DNA of 64,000 nt, taken from positions 58,252-122,251 of the forward strand of contig JAZKIQ010000004.1 of the NCBI GenBank assembly GCA_040384765.1, given 5' to 3'. The notes beneath the pieces were generated by a model, which was not told the origin of the DNA, did no database searches, and saw only the letters and a program-made list of their open reading frames with translations. This document shows, piece after piece, positions 18,685 to 28,073 of the stretch. How positions within the stretch are numbered: the first letter of the stretch is position 1; every line of letters begins with the position of its first letter. The position numbers were made by a program, and so were the translations under genes. This stretch comes from Patescibacteria group bacterium. Lineage in GTDB: Bacteria; Patescibacteriota; Minisyncoccia; Phycocordibacterales; JBBUBG01.

Positions 18685-19794
18685 ATGAATATCAGTCAAG
18701 AATCACAAGGAGTATCTCTCGGAGCAAAGCTGCTCGGTGTGCTGATGGTGCTCGTTGTCGGTTTTGGTATCGCGCGCGCCGACTGGACAGCACCTGGCTC
18801 GACTCCACCGGGATGCACCGCTGGCACGGGGCCATGTGAGGCACCGATCAACGTAAGTAGTACCAACCAAACAAAAAGTGGCGGCCTTACGGTGAACGGA
18901 AATTTCATTCCACCGCGCCTTGCGACAGCCTCTCTCCCGACGTGCAATACTGCAAACAGGGGCTCAACTGTTTTTGATACGACGGCAGGTAAGCTGAAAA
19001 ATTGTGACGGTACTGTGTGGAAAGTGCTTGCCTCAGACGACCAGATTATCCCTCCCGTCCCATTTCCTTCTGGTGCAGTTATGTCGTTTGATATAGCAAA
19101 TACGGGATCACCGAATGATTGCCCTGCGGGTTGGACGGAGTTTACTGCCGCTGAAGGCCGATCTGTGGTGGGGCTTCAGTACGCTGGAACGCTCCGTGGT
19201 ACAGCAGGCACACCTCTGACAGATAGACAGGATAGACCTACTGGCTCGCATACCCACTACCAAGCTGTTCAGGATCACCCTATTTATGGGTATGGGCATA
19301 CGCATCCTGTTGCTGCAAGCTTTAGCGGTAGCGGTACCGGTAGCACTGAATTGCCTAGACATCGGCATTGGCTGGGTACTAATCAATACGGTGGTGACGT
19401 CGGCGCCACAAGCCAATTTCATTTTGGAGGGAATGCTAATCAGCAGGGGTATACCTATGTAGGGTTCCAGGGGAGCGGTACGAATCTCGCCCCCTGGAGC
19501 GGCTACCAGGTTGGGTACGAGGGTGGCGTCAACGATTACTACTACGGCCAAAACCCATACGTAACCATAACGGTACCGATATCAGGTTCAGTCTCGGGAA
19601 CCGCAAGTAAAGCGCATGAAAATATTCAGGTGTACAATCCTATCCAGGGTGGCTGGACCTATACATACGATGGTGCTCAGTACGCCCATCTCTACGAAGG
19701 GGGTTACGACACCAATGCTCCTACTCAGGCGGGTGCAAATATTGCGGGTACGAATGCTCCCTACATCCAGTTGTTGATGTGTAAAAAGAGTTAA
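18685..19794 (+). CDS. secreted tail-collar/tail-fibre-like protein
   Basis: Signal peptide; PSGAVMSF..CPAGW..GRSVVG collar-like motif; three HxH motifs; C-terminal PYIQLLMCKK. Confidence 0.75.
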   Translation: MNISQESQGVSLGAKLLGVLMVLVVGFGIARADWTAPGSTPPGCTAGTGPCEAPINVSSTNQTKSGGLTVNGNFIPPRLATASLPTCNTANRGSTVFDTTAGKLKNCDGTVWKVLASDDQIIPPVPFPSGAVMSFDIANTGSPNDCPAGWTEFTAAEGRSVVGLQYAGTLRGTAGTPLTDRQDRPTGSHTHYQAVQDHPIYGYGHTHPVAASFSGSGTGSTELPRHRHWLGTNQYGGDVGATSQFHFGGNANQQGYTYVGFQGSGTNLAPWSGYQVGYEGGVNDYYYGQNPYVTITVPISGSVSGTASKAHENIQVYNPIQGGWTYTYDGAQYAHLYEGGYDTNAPTQAGANIAGTNAPYIQLLMCKKS

Positions 19795-19810
19795 TTATCT
19801 TCTTAAGTCT

Positions 19811-20278
19811 ATGCCTGAAAACGAAAAGTATCCTATCAGCGTCCTCCTTGCTGCTGTCTGCTTGCTTCTGCTTGGCTACCAGAATGTACAGCTTGCCTCG
19901 ATCAGGAGTCTGCTTTCCCCGGGAGGTGCAGTTTCGTCTGAAATAAATCCACCCATACTGGACCCTTTGGATGTTTCTAAGCAAGCAAAAGCAGGCACTC
20001 CTCTTCTTGGCACCGTGGTGTCAATTAAGGGTGACGAGATCGTGGCTACTGCTCAGTATCAGCAAAATGGTGAAAGTAAAACGAAGAAGGTGACACTTGT
20101 TCTTTCTTCGGATAGTGTGCTTGGACCGGGAGGTAGAAGCGCGCTCAAGGCTGGCGCTACTTTTTCAGCTCTTACCAAAGAGTCGGTTCTCGAGTCGGAC
20201 CGCCTTACTGTTATCGGGCTGGGAATCATCCCTCCTTCGCCGCTTCCACCCCCACTTCCGCCTGAAATTGCTCAATAG
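19811..20278 (+). CDS. membrane-anchored hypothetical protein
   Basis: N-terminal TM, beta-rich domain and Pro tail. Confidence 0.7.
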   Translation: MPENEKYPISVLLAAVCLLLLGYQNVQLASIRSLLSPGGAVSSEINPPILDPLDVSKQAKAGTPLLGTVVSIKGDEIVATAQYQQNGESKTKKVTLVLSSDSVLGPGGRSALKAGATFSALTKESVLESDRLTVIGLGIIPPSPLPPPLPPEIAQ

Positions 20279-20290
20279 ATTTTAATCCCC

Positions 20291-20318
20291 AAGGCGCCGC
20301 GCAAGCGGCGCCTTTTTT
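20291..20318 (+). terminator. intrinsic terminator
   Basis: AAGGCGCCGC-GCAA-GCGGCGCCTT followed by a T run. Confidence 0.85.
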
Positions 20319-20336
20319 GTTTGCTACAATAGGAGT

Positions 20337-22097
20337 GTGCAGATTGATCCTCTTAAATTTAAGGAGTTTGTTATTGACTCGGGGCTTATCTCCCGCGCGG
20401 ATGTTGAAGCGGCGGAGGTGCTTTCCAAAAAAGAGCGCACAGGTCTTGGCGACCAGCTCGTGCTTTCTGGAAAGATCTCTGAGGCTGATGTGCGCCGCAT
20501 GGAGGCGTACCTCCTCGGGATACCGTTTGTTGAGCTCAAAGATCAGAAGATCGATTTTGAAGTGCTCTCGCTCATCCCTGAGCCCATTGCGCGCAAGCAC
20601 AACGTCGTGGCATTTCGCCGCACGCCAAAATCGGTAGAGGTGGCGATGCTCGACCCGCAGGACCTCGAGTCGATCGACTTTATCAAAAAGAAGCTCTCGC
20701 TTCGCATTGAGCCGCGCCTGACCGATCGCGACTCGATCAAGAGTGCGTTGCTTTCATATCAGAAGAGTCTCAAGGCAGAGTTTGGTGACCTGATTCAAAA
20801 AGAGTCGAGTGGCATAAAGAGTGTCGCGGAAGGGGATGATGTGGTGGTGGAGGAGAAAGATCTCGAAGCGCTTGCCAAGGATGTGCCGGTCGTGCGCATT
20901 GTGGACACGCTCATCAACCACGCCATTTTGCAGCGCGCCTCGGATATTCATATAGAGCCTGGGCAAAATGAGCTCGTGATACGCTACCGCATCGACGGCA
21001 TCCTTCACGATGCGATGGTGCTTCCGAAAAATACCTCGTCTGGCATCGTGGCGCGCATCAAGGTGCTCTCGAACCTTCGCCTCGACGAGAAGCGCTTGCC
21101 GCAAGATGGTCGATTTCGGGTAGAGGAGGGCGGCGATGTGCCGGCGCGCGTGTCGTTTCGTGTTTCAACGTTGCCTACTTTCTACGGCGAAAAGGTGGTG
21201 CTGCGTCTCCTCCGAGAAAATGCAAAAGGGTTCTCTCTCGAAGTGCTCGGCTTCCATGGCGAGTCGCTTGAAAAGATTCATGAGGCGTCTCATGCCACGA
21301 CCGGCATCATGCTCACCACCGGCCCTACCGGCTCGGGAAAATCGACAACCCTCTACACGCTGCTCGATCTTTTGAATACGCCGGATGTAAATATCTCGAC
21401 CGTGGAGGACCCTATTGAGTATCAGATGCCGCGGGTAAACCAGACACAGGTAAAGCCGGAGATTGGCCTCACTTTTGCAAATGGTCTCCGTGCACTGCTT
21501 CGCCAAGACCCGAACATTATTATGGTGGGGGAGATCCGCGATGGGGAGACGGCGGCGCTTGCCGTGAACGCTGCCCTTACGGGGCACCTCGTGCTTTCGA
21601 CGCTTCACACAAACTCTGCTGCAGGTGCGATCCCACGCTTGATCGAGATGGGCTCAGAGCCTTTTCTTATCGTATCTACGGTAAACCTGATCATTGCTCA
21701 GCGCCTTGTTCGTCGCCTTGGCCCGGGTGCAAAGAAAGCACTTCTCACTAAAACTGAGCTCGAAAATCTGGCGCGCCACGCAGACCTCGACCGTGTATTG
21801 AAAGCACTTCATGCTGAAAAGAAGGTGCGAGCTGATGACACCTGGAGCACGATTCCGTTTTGGAAGCCGGAGCCTTCGACAGATGCACCGGACGGCTATC
21901 TCGGCCGACTGACGATTGGTGAGGTGTTCAAGATGTCCTCTGCAATCAAAGAGCTCATCATGAAGTCTGGCACGGCCGATACTATCCACGAGCAGGCCCG
22001 CAAAGAGGGGATGCTTACTATGTTTGAGGATGGGGTGTTCCAGGCAGCCTCGGGTGTCACCTCGCTCGAAGAGGTGTTTAGAGTTGTGGGGGAATAA
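20337..22097 (+). CDS. pilB: type IV pilus assembly ATPase (PilB/GspE family)
   Basis: ASDIHIEP, RLPQDGR, Walker A TGPTGSGKST, LRQDPNIIMVGEIRD and TGHLVLSTLHTN. Confidence 0.95.
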   Translation: MQIDPLKFKEFVIDSGLISRADVEAAEVLSKKERTGLGDQLVLSGKISEADVRRMEAYLLGIPFVELKDQKIDFEVLSLIPEPIARKHNVVAFRRTPKSVEVAMLDPQDLESIDFIKKKLSLRIEPRLTDRDSIKSALLSYQKSLKAEFGDLIQKESSGIKSVAEGDDVVVEEKDLEALAKDVPVVRIVDTLINHAILQRASDIHIEPGQNELVIRYRIDGILHDAMVLPKNTSSGIVARIKVLSNLRLDEKRLPQDGRFRVEEGGDVPARVSFRVSTLPTFYGEKVVLRLLRENAKGFSLEVLGFHGESLEKIHEASHATTGIMLTTGPTGSGKSTTLYTLLDLLNTPDVNISTVEDPIEYQMPRVNQTQVKPEIGLTFANGLRALLRQDPNIIMVGEIRDGETAALAVNAALTGHLVLSTLHTNSAAGAIPRLIEMGSEPFLIVSTVNLIIAQRLVRRLGPGAKKALLTKTELENLARHADLDRVLKALHAEKKVRADDTWSTIPFWKPEPSTDAPDGYLGRLTIGEVFKMSSAIKELIMKSGTADTIHEQARKEGMLTMFEDGVFQAASGVTSLEEVFRVVGE

Positions 22098-22102
22098 CTG
22101 TT

Positions 22103-22194
22103 CATGAAGCATAAAACATGAATCACGAATCATTCTTCAAAAAATCCCCTCAGCATGTTCGGCATGTTTTATGTTTTATGTTTCATGTTCTATG
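22103..22194. repeat. inverted pair of degenerate 7-mer tandem arrays
   Basis: CATGAAG CATAAAA CATGAAT CACGAAT ... CATGTTT TATGTTT TATGTTT CATGTTC. Confidence 0.75.
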
Positions 22195-23409
22195 AAGTTC
22201 TCGTACACTGCCAAAACAAAAGCCGGAGATACCATAACCGGCATTGAAGAGGCTGCCGACAAGTTTGACCTTGCCAGGCGGCTTCGAACGGTGGGGTCTC
22301 TCGTTGTGCGGGCCGAGGAGGCAAAGGGAAATAAAGGAGTTTCACTTTCGCTCTCGTTCGGTACGCTTTTTAAGCGTGTGAAGCTCGAGGAGAAGATTTT
22401 TTTCACCACCAACCTCTCAGCCATGCTCTCTGCGGGCCTTTCGCTTGCGCGCGCTCTTGATGTGCTTACCCGGCAGACAAAAAACCCGGTGCTGCTTGCG
22501 GTCATCGAGGCTACTGCCCACGATATCGACAAGGGATCAAGTCTTTCGGAAGCGCTTGGTCGCCACCCAGAGGTGTTTCCAGAAGTGTTCACTGCCATGG
22601 TGGCGGCAGGAGAGGGCTCGGGAAAACTGCCCGACTCTCTGCGGCTGATCGGCGAGCAGCTTTCAAAGACGTACGCCCTTCGCAAAAAAATCCGCGGTGC
22701 GCTTATCTATCCGGCGATTATCGTGACCGCGATGGTCCTCGTGGGTATCCTGATGCTCACCTTTATCGTCCCAACTCTCTCTGCCACGTTTGAGGAGCTC
22801 CATATTACGCTGCCGCTCTCTACTCGCCTCATTATCGGACTTTCGCATTTTGTGGAGCGAAACGGCATATATCTTTTGCTTGCTCTTCCTTTCATCGGAT
22901 ACGCTTTTCTCAGAATGAGCCGAAGCGAGAAGGGAAAGCGATCGGTAGATACGTTTCTGATCCATGCACCACTCGTCTCGCCGATTGTGCGCAATATGAA
23001 CGCTGCCATGACCAGCCGGACACTCTCCTCGCTTGTTTCGTCTGGTGTGGAGATCGTGCAGGCGCTCGACATTACGAAAAAAGTAATTCAAAACTCGTAC
23101 TATCGAGCCGTGCTTACGAACGCCCAGAAGTCGGTCGAAAAAGGTGGCACGCTCGCCTCGGCGTTTCTCGCCGAGGCGAAGCTGTACCCAACACTGCTCG
23201 GCGAGATGATCGATGTAGGGGAGGAGACCGGAGCACTTTCAGATATGCTTTTGCGCGTGGCGGTGTTTTATGAAGGAGAGGTGGATACAGTGACCAAGGA
23301 TCTTTCTACGGTGATCGAGCCTATATTGATGGTGTTTGTTGGTGCCGCAGTGCTCTTTTTTGCGATCTCGATGATTCAGCCTATTTACAACATTAGCGCC
23401 GGCATATAG
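22192..23409 (+). CDS. pilC: type IV pilus platform protein (PilC/GspF family)
   Basis: AMVAAGEGSGKL, GALIYP and VGEETGAL..MLLRVAVFYE; follows pilB. Confidence 0.95.
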   Translation: MKFSYTAKTKAGDTITGIEEAADKFDLARRLRTVGSLVVRAEEAKGNKGVSLSLSFGTLFKRVKLEEKIFFTTNLSAMLSAGLSLARALDVLTRQTKNPVLLAVIEATAHDIDKGSSLSEALGRHPEVFPEVFTAMVAAGEGSGKLPDSLRLIGEQLSKTYALRKKIRGALIYPAIIVTAMVLVGILMLTFIVPTLSATFEELHITLPLSTRLIIGLSHFVERNGIYLLLALPFIGYAFLRMSRSEKGKRSVDTFLIHAPLVSPIVRNMNAAMTSRTLSSLVSSGVEIVQALDITKKVIQNSYYRAVLTNAQKSVEKGGTLASAFLAEAKLYPTLLGEMIDVGEETGALSDMLLRVAVFYEGEVDTVTKDLSTVIEPILMVFVGAAVLFFAISMIQPIYNISAGI

Positions 23410-23412
23410 AGC

Positions 23413-23889
23413 ATGTCTAAAACCTCCAGCTTTTTCAAAAGAGGGTTCACCGCCGTTGAAATTTTGGTTGTTGTGGCAGTTCTCGGCATCATCGCGGCTA
23501 TCGTGATCACCCCTTTTGGGGGCTACCGTGCAAATACGCTCCTTGATAGCACGGCATCTCAAGCCCTTGCGCTTCTCTCTGCTGCGCGCACTCGCACACT
23601 CGCTTCTCGTGGTGGCATGCGCCACGGCGTACATCTTGAGGCAGGAGCGCTCATCCTTTTTGCAGGCGATACATACCAGGCTGGTGCCGCCACAAACGAG
23701 CCGTACACCCTTGATGACGCCGTAGAGGTGGCTTCGATCACGCTTTCGGGAGGGGGGAGCGACATCCTGTTTGAGCGCCTTACGGGGAAAACATCCAAAA
23801 GCGGTAGTTTTGTAGTTCGTCTAAAATCTGATACGACCCGCTTGCGCACCATCTCCGTAACAGCGACCGGTCTTGCCAGTGTTCAATAA
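23413..23889 (+). CDS. prepilin-type minor pilin (FimT/GspH-like)
   Basis: KRG|FTAVEILVVVAVLGII class III signal. Confidence 0.9.
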   Translation: MSKTSSFFKRGFTAVEILVVVAVLGIIAAIVITPFGGYRANTLLDSTASQALALLSAARTRTLASRGGMRHGVHLEAGALILFAGDTYQAGAATNEPYTLDDAVEVASITLSGGGSDILFERLTGKTSKSGSFVVRLKSDTTRLRTISVTATGLASVQ

Positions 23890-23893
23890 TTCG

Positions 23894-24388
23894 ATGAAAA
23901 GAAACGCTCTCAAAGCAGGGTTTGGAATCGTTGAGGTGGTTGTCGGTTCTGCAGTCATCGCTGTGGTTGTGTTTGGATTTACCTCGCTCTCCGCCCAGCT
24001 TTTGCGCACATCGTATGCAAACTCTGATCGCGTAAAGGCGGTACACCTTTCCGAGGAGGGGATCGAGGCGATACGTTTTATCCGAGATAGCGACTGGAAC
24101 ACCTTTTCAGCACTCACCAATGGGGCTTCGTACGATGTCGTGCTTTCGGGTGGTGTTTGGCAGGCGTCGGCTTCGCGGAGCATGATCGACGGGCGCTTCC
24201 TTCGCACGGTCATGCTCTCGTCGGTATATCGCGACACCGCAGGTGCAGTTGTGGCAAGCGGCGGCACGCTCGATGCCGACTCTCGCAAAGTTGTGGTGTC
24301 GATCGAGTGGAAGAACCATGCCAGCACCACTCCTGCGGCTGCTTCGACGACAGAGACGATCAGTACCTATCTCAACAGGATCTTCTAA
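23894..24388 (+). CDS. prepilin-type minor pilin (PilV-like)
   Basis: KAG|FGIVEVVVG class III signal. Confidence 0.88.
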   Translation: MKRNALKAGFGIVEVVVGSAVIAVVVFGFTSLSAQLLRTSYANSDRVKAVHLSEEGIEAIRFIRDSDWNTFSALTNGASYDVVLSGGVWQASASRSMIDGRFLRTVMLSSVYRDTAGAVVASGGTLDADSRKVVVSIEWKNHASTTPAAASTTETISTYLNRIF

Positions 24389-24389
24389 T

Positions 24390-24899
24390 ATGCATCGATT
24401 TTTAAACACAAAAGGGGTGCGCGGCTACACGACTATGGAGCTTGTGGTGTACCTTGCGCTCTTTATAGTGCTCTCGCTCTTTCTTACGCAGGCCCTCTCT
24501 ACGATGGCGCGCTCATTTCTCGCGCTTCGCCTCAACCAGTCAGTGACCGCGAGCGCCTCTGATATCCTTGAGAGGATGGTGCGCGATATGCGCCTCGCCA
24601 GCAGTATCGATACTGCCCAAACTATCTTTGATGCCTCTCCGGGCAAGCTTGTGCTCCAAGCAGGTGCCACTACTACCGAGTATGCCCTTCTCGACGGCGC
24701 CATCACGCTTAGGGAAAATGGCATTTCGACCGGGCAGATTTCCAACCCAGGGGTGGTGGTGAGCTCGCTCGTTTTTCGAAAGGCGAGCAGTACGAGTGCT
24801 CTTTCGGTGCGAGCGGAGTTTTCGCTCTATGACAAACGTGCGGCTAGCACCACGAAGCGGACGTTTTATGGCACAGCACTTCTGCGTGGAGGATATTGA
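24390..24899 (+). CDS. prepilin-type minor pilin (PilW-like)
   Basis: VRG|YTTMELVVYLALF class III signal. Confidence 0.88.
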   Translation: MHRFLNTKGVRGYTTMELVVYLALFIVLSLFLTQALSTMARSFLALRLNQSVTASASDILERMVRDMRLASSIDTAQTIFDASPGKLVLQAGATTTEYALLDGAITLRENGISTGQISNPGVVVSSLVFRKASSTSALSVRAEFSLYDKRAASTTKRTFYGTALLRGGY

Positions 24900-24902
24900 T
24901 CT

Positions 24903-26060
24903 ATGCCTAAAGCCTTGAACCTAAAACCTAAAACTTATCGTGAAGGGCAAATAGTCCTCCTTTCCGTTTTCTTCATGGTGCTCATGTCGCTCGGGCTTCT
25001 TCTCGGGGGTACGGTCCCGCTCGTGCGAGAAACCCAAACGGTGAGAGATATCTCGCACTCTCGCGACGCATACTACTGGGCAGAAGGTGCTGTGGAGGAC
25101 GTGGTGTATCGGATAAAAAAAGGGTACTCAGTGGGGAGTAGCGTCTCTGTGCCTATCGATGGGTCGAATGTGGTGGTGACGGTGACAGATGTTCCTGGCT
25201 CACGCATCGTGAGCGCTCTCGGAGACAAAAATAGCGATCGCAGGCGCGTGCAGGCGACGGTGGTGGCGGGTACTGGTATTTCGTTTAGCTACGGCATTCA
25301 GGTGGGTTCTCAGGGTATTTTCCTTGATAGCAATGCGGTCGTGAATGGGAGTATTTATACAAACGGAAGTGCAGAGGGAGAGAACGGATCAGCCGTGACG
25401 GGCTCGCTCTTTGCTGTGGGGAGCATCAGCTCACCCGACCCAGAGGTCACTGGCCAGGTGCAATCGGGAGCCGAGCCTCTCGCGCTTCCGGAAGTAGATA
25501 TTGACTCGTGGAAGAGTGCCGCCAATGTGAACAACAACCCTATCGTGGGAGATGTTACCTATTCGGGTGCTGGCAACAGTCTCGGACCGCGCAAGGTGGT
25601 GGGAAATATGACCCTCAGTAATGGCGCCACCCTTACCGTTACAGGGCCACTTCATATTACGGGCAATCTTATCCTCGATAACAACTCTACGCTCAAGCTC
25701 GACTCTTCTTTTGGCTCTGCGGGTACTGCGATCATTGTCGACGGAGAGGTCACGCTGTATAACAATGCGCTCGTGCTCGGTACGGGCGCTACGCCAAAAG
25801 GGTATCTCCTTATCCTCTCGACCTCTTCGTCAGCAAACGCGATAAAAATCGACAACAATGGAAACGCGCAGGCCTATTTTTATGCCTACAACGGCACGAT
25901 CGTACTCGATAACAATGCGGGTGCCATGGCCATCGTGGGGCAGCGTGTCGTTCTTAATAATGGTGCGGAGGTGAATTATGAAATCGGCCTGGCACACCCT
26001 CAGTTTTCAAGCGGGCCAGGTGGCACCTTTGAGGTGAAAGGTTGGAAGGAGACCGAATAA
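24903..26060 (+). CDS. PilX-like minor pilin with a beta-helix-like C-terminal region
   Basis: REG|QIVLLS without Glu5, AYYWAEGAVED and repeated LDNN turns. Confidence 0.8.
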   Translation: MPKALNLKPKTYREGQIVLLSVFFMVLMSLGLLLGGTVPLVRETQTVRDISHSRDAYYWAEGAVEDVVYRIKKGYSVGSSVSVPIDGSNVVVTVTDVPGSRIVSALGDKNSDRRRVQATVVAGTGISFSYGIQVGSQGIFLDSNAVVNGSIYTNGSAEGENGSAVTGSLFAVGSISSPDPEVTGQVQSGAEPLALPEVDIDSWKSAANVNNNPIVGDVTYSGAGNSLGPRKVVGNMTLSNGATLTVTGPLHITGNLILDNNSTLKLDSSFGSAGTAIIVDGEVTLYNNALVLGTGATPKGYLLILSTSSSANAIKIDNNGNAQAYFYAYNGTIVLDNNAGAMAIVGQRVVLNNGAEVNYEIGLAHPQFSSGPGGTFEVKGWKETE

Positions 26061-26069
26061 GGTAGGCTC

Positions 26070-26172
26070 AAACCTGCAAAAGCTATTTGCCGTCGCTGTC
26101 TGGCGCTGCTGCGCCAGCGCTGACTCTCGCGCCGTCGCGCTGCTAGACACGGCAAATAGCTTTTGCAGGTTT
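26070..26172. repeat. fold-back element with 24-bp perfect arms
   Basis: AAACCTGCAAAAGCTATTTGCCGT/ACGGCAAATAGCTTTTGCAGGTTT around a GC-rich structured core. Confidence 0.85.
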
Positions 26173-26245
26173 TCGCTGGGGCGGCAGAGAATACGCACCC
26201 TTGATTCTCTCGGCGGGCTTACGCAACCTGTGATAAAGTGGATTG

Positions 26246-27001
26246 ATGAAACGGAAACTCATTGTCGCTAACTGGAAGATGAATCCCGATACGTCACTCG
26301 AAGCCCTCCATCTCTGGGAGGAGATCGGGAAGGCCTCTTCGGCGCTTAAAAAAACCTCGGTCGTAGTCTGCCCTCCAGCGATCTATGTAGGGCTCGTGGC
26401 AGGGCAGGGGGGGCAGGCTCTCCTTGGAGCTCAAAACTGTTCCGCATCTTCTGAGGGAGCGCGTACGGGGGAAGTGTCAGCTTCAATGCTTGCCAACGCT
26501 GGCGTGGCGTATGTGATTGTGGGACATTCGGAGCGCCGCGCGATGGGGGAGACCAACAACGACGTTTCTGAAAAAGTGGCTGCAGTGCTTCGTGCAGATA
26601 TGGTGCCTCTCGTGTGCGTGGGGGAGCGCGTGCGCGACCCGGACGGCTTCTACCTTAAGGAGACGACAACGCAGCTTGAAGAGGGGCTTGCAAAGGTGTC
26701 TAAGAAAAATCTTTCAAAAATAGTGATCGCCTATGAGCCGGTCTGGGCGATTGGCAAAAACGGGGCTGGCCCCGCTTCGGTAACCGACGTGCTTGAGATG
26801 GTGCTCTATATCCGGCGTGCGCTTATACGGATCTTTGGCAAGGAGGCGGCCAAAGTGCCGGTGCTCTATGGGGGGTCGGTAGAGGTAAAAAACGCGGCGG
26901 AGTTTATGGAGCACGCAGGTATCGACGGGCTCCTTGTTGGGCGTGAAAGCCTAAACACAAAGGCCTTCCCCGAGCTGCTTCGTATTGTTGATCACCTGTA
27001 G
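26246..27001 (+). CDS. tpiA: triosephosphate isomerase
   Basis: VANWKMN, IVGHSERR, AYEPVWAIG and LYGGSV. Confidence 0.97.
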   Translation: MKRKLIVANWKMNPDTSLEALHLWEEIGKASSALKKTSVVVCPPAIYVGLVAGQGGQALLGAQNCSASSEGARTGEVSASMLANAGVAYVIVGHSERRAMGETNNDVSEKVAAVLRADMVPLVCVGERVRDPDGFYLKETTTQLEEGLAKVSKKNLSKIVIAYEPVWAIGKNGAGPASVTDVLEMVLYIRRALIRIFGKEAAKVPVLYGGSVEVKNAAEFMEHAGIDGLLVGRESLNTKAFPELLRIVDHL

Positions 27002-27002
27002 C

Positions 27003-28073
27003 ATGTCTCTTCCTTCACTTCGCAAGCTCGAAGGCGGTGCGCTCCATGGTAAGCGCGTTTTTGCGCGTGTCGACTGGAATGAGCCGGTGGCGGAGGGTGT
27101 AGTCAAAGATGATTTTCGGATACAAAAAACCCTTAGCTCGCTGCGGTTTATCCTTGCGCACGCAGAGCATCTCACTATCGCCACCCATCTTGAGGAGGAT
27201 GACGGGGATGTCACACCGCTCTTTGAGAAGTTTCTTTCGTTCCCCGGCATCAGAGAGCATCAGTCGAAGATTTCGATGCTCGAAAACCTTCGAAAAGATC
27301 CCCGAGAGAAGGCGAACGATCCCGCGTTTGCAGCAGAGCTCGCTCGGATGGCAGATATATATGTGAACGAAGCGTTCGCGGTGTCGCATCGGGAGCATGC
27401 GTCTATTGTGGGTATTCCAAAGCTGCTTCCACCCTATGCTGGGTACACACTCGAAGATGAGGTGCGGGAGCTTGGGCGGGTGTTTACCCCAGAGCACCCG
27501 TTTGTTGCCGTACTCGGTGGCGCAAAGTTTGAAACGAAGATTGCACTCACGAAGCGCTTCTCGGAGCTCTCTGACACTATTTTCATCTCGGGAGCTCTCT
27601 GTATCGAATTTTTTAGATCAAAGGGGTACGAGATGGGCTGCTCGATCGAAACACCGGTACTGCATGAGGTGGCAGAGTTTTTGCACAATGCAAAGATACA
27701 GCTTCCCAAAGATATAATTACTGAAAAAGGAGAGGTGAAGCGGCCAGATCAGGTGGGAAAAGATGATGCAGTGCGCGATATCGGACCCGCGACAGTGCGC
27801 GAGATGACTGATGCGATCGCCAAGGCGAAGCTCGTGGTGTGGAACGGCCCGCTCGGGAAATATGAGGATGGGTTTACAAAAGCAACCGACGATCTTGCAG
27901 AGGCGATCGCAAAGTCAGGCGCCTACTCTATTGTGGGCGGGGGAGATACGCTTACCTCGATCAAGAAGCTCGACCTTTTGTCGAAGTTTGATTTTGTATC
28001 GACGGGCGGAGGCGCGATGCTCGACTTTATTGCTGAAGGTACACTTCCTGGAATCGAAGCTCTTAAAAACTAA
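27003..28073 (+). CDS. pgk: phosphoglycerate kinase (compact)
   Basis: RVDWNEP, LENLR, LGGAK, VWNGPLG and STGGGA. Confidence 0.95.
   Translation: MSLPSLRKLEGGALHGKRVFARVDWNEPVAEGVVKDDFRIQKTLSSLRFILAHAEHLTIATHLEEDDGDVTPLFEKFLSFPGIREHQSKISMLENLRKDPREKANDPAFAAELARMADIYVNEAFAVSHREHASIVGIPKLLPPYAGYTLEDEVRELGRVFTPEHPFVAVLGGAKFETKIALTKRFSELSDTIFISGALCIEFFRSKGYEMGCSIETPVLHEVAEFLHNAKIQLPKDIITEKGEVKRPDQVGKDDAVRDIGPATVREMTDAIAKAKLVVWNGPLGKYEDGFTKATDDLAEAIAKSGAYSIVGGGDTLTSIKKLDLLSKFDFVSTGGGAMLDFIAEGTLPGIEALKN

Noticed and set aside
19250-19740. Tyr/Asn/Gly-rich fibre tip as a diversity-generating retroelement variable region
   Set aside because: No template repeat or reverse transcriptase was seen in the window; action in trans cannot be excluded.
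18685-20278. Prophage remnant
   Set aside because: There are no integrase, capsid or terminase genes, and the fibre-like protein carries a bacterial signal peptide.
9311-22194. Short repeat arrays as CRISPR
   Set aside because: The units are 7 nt, with no unique spacers and no cas genes.
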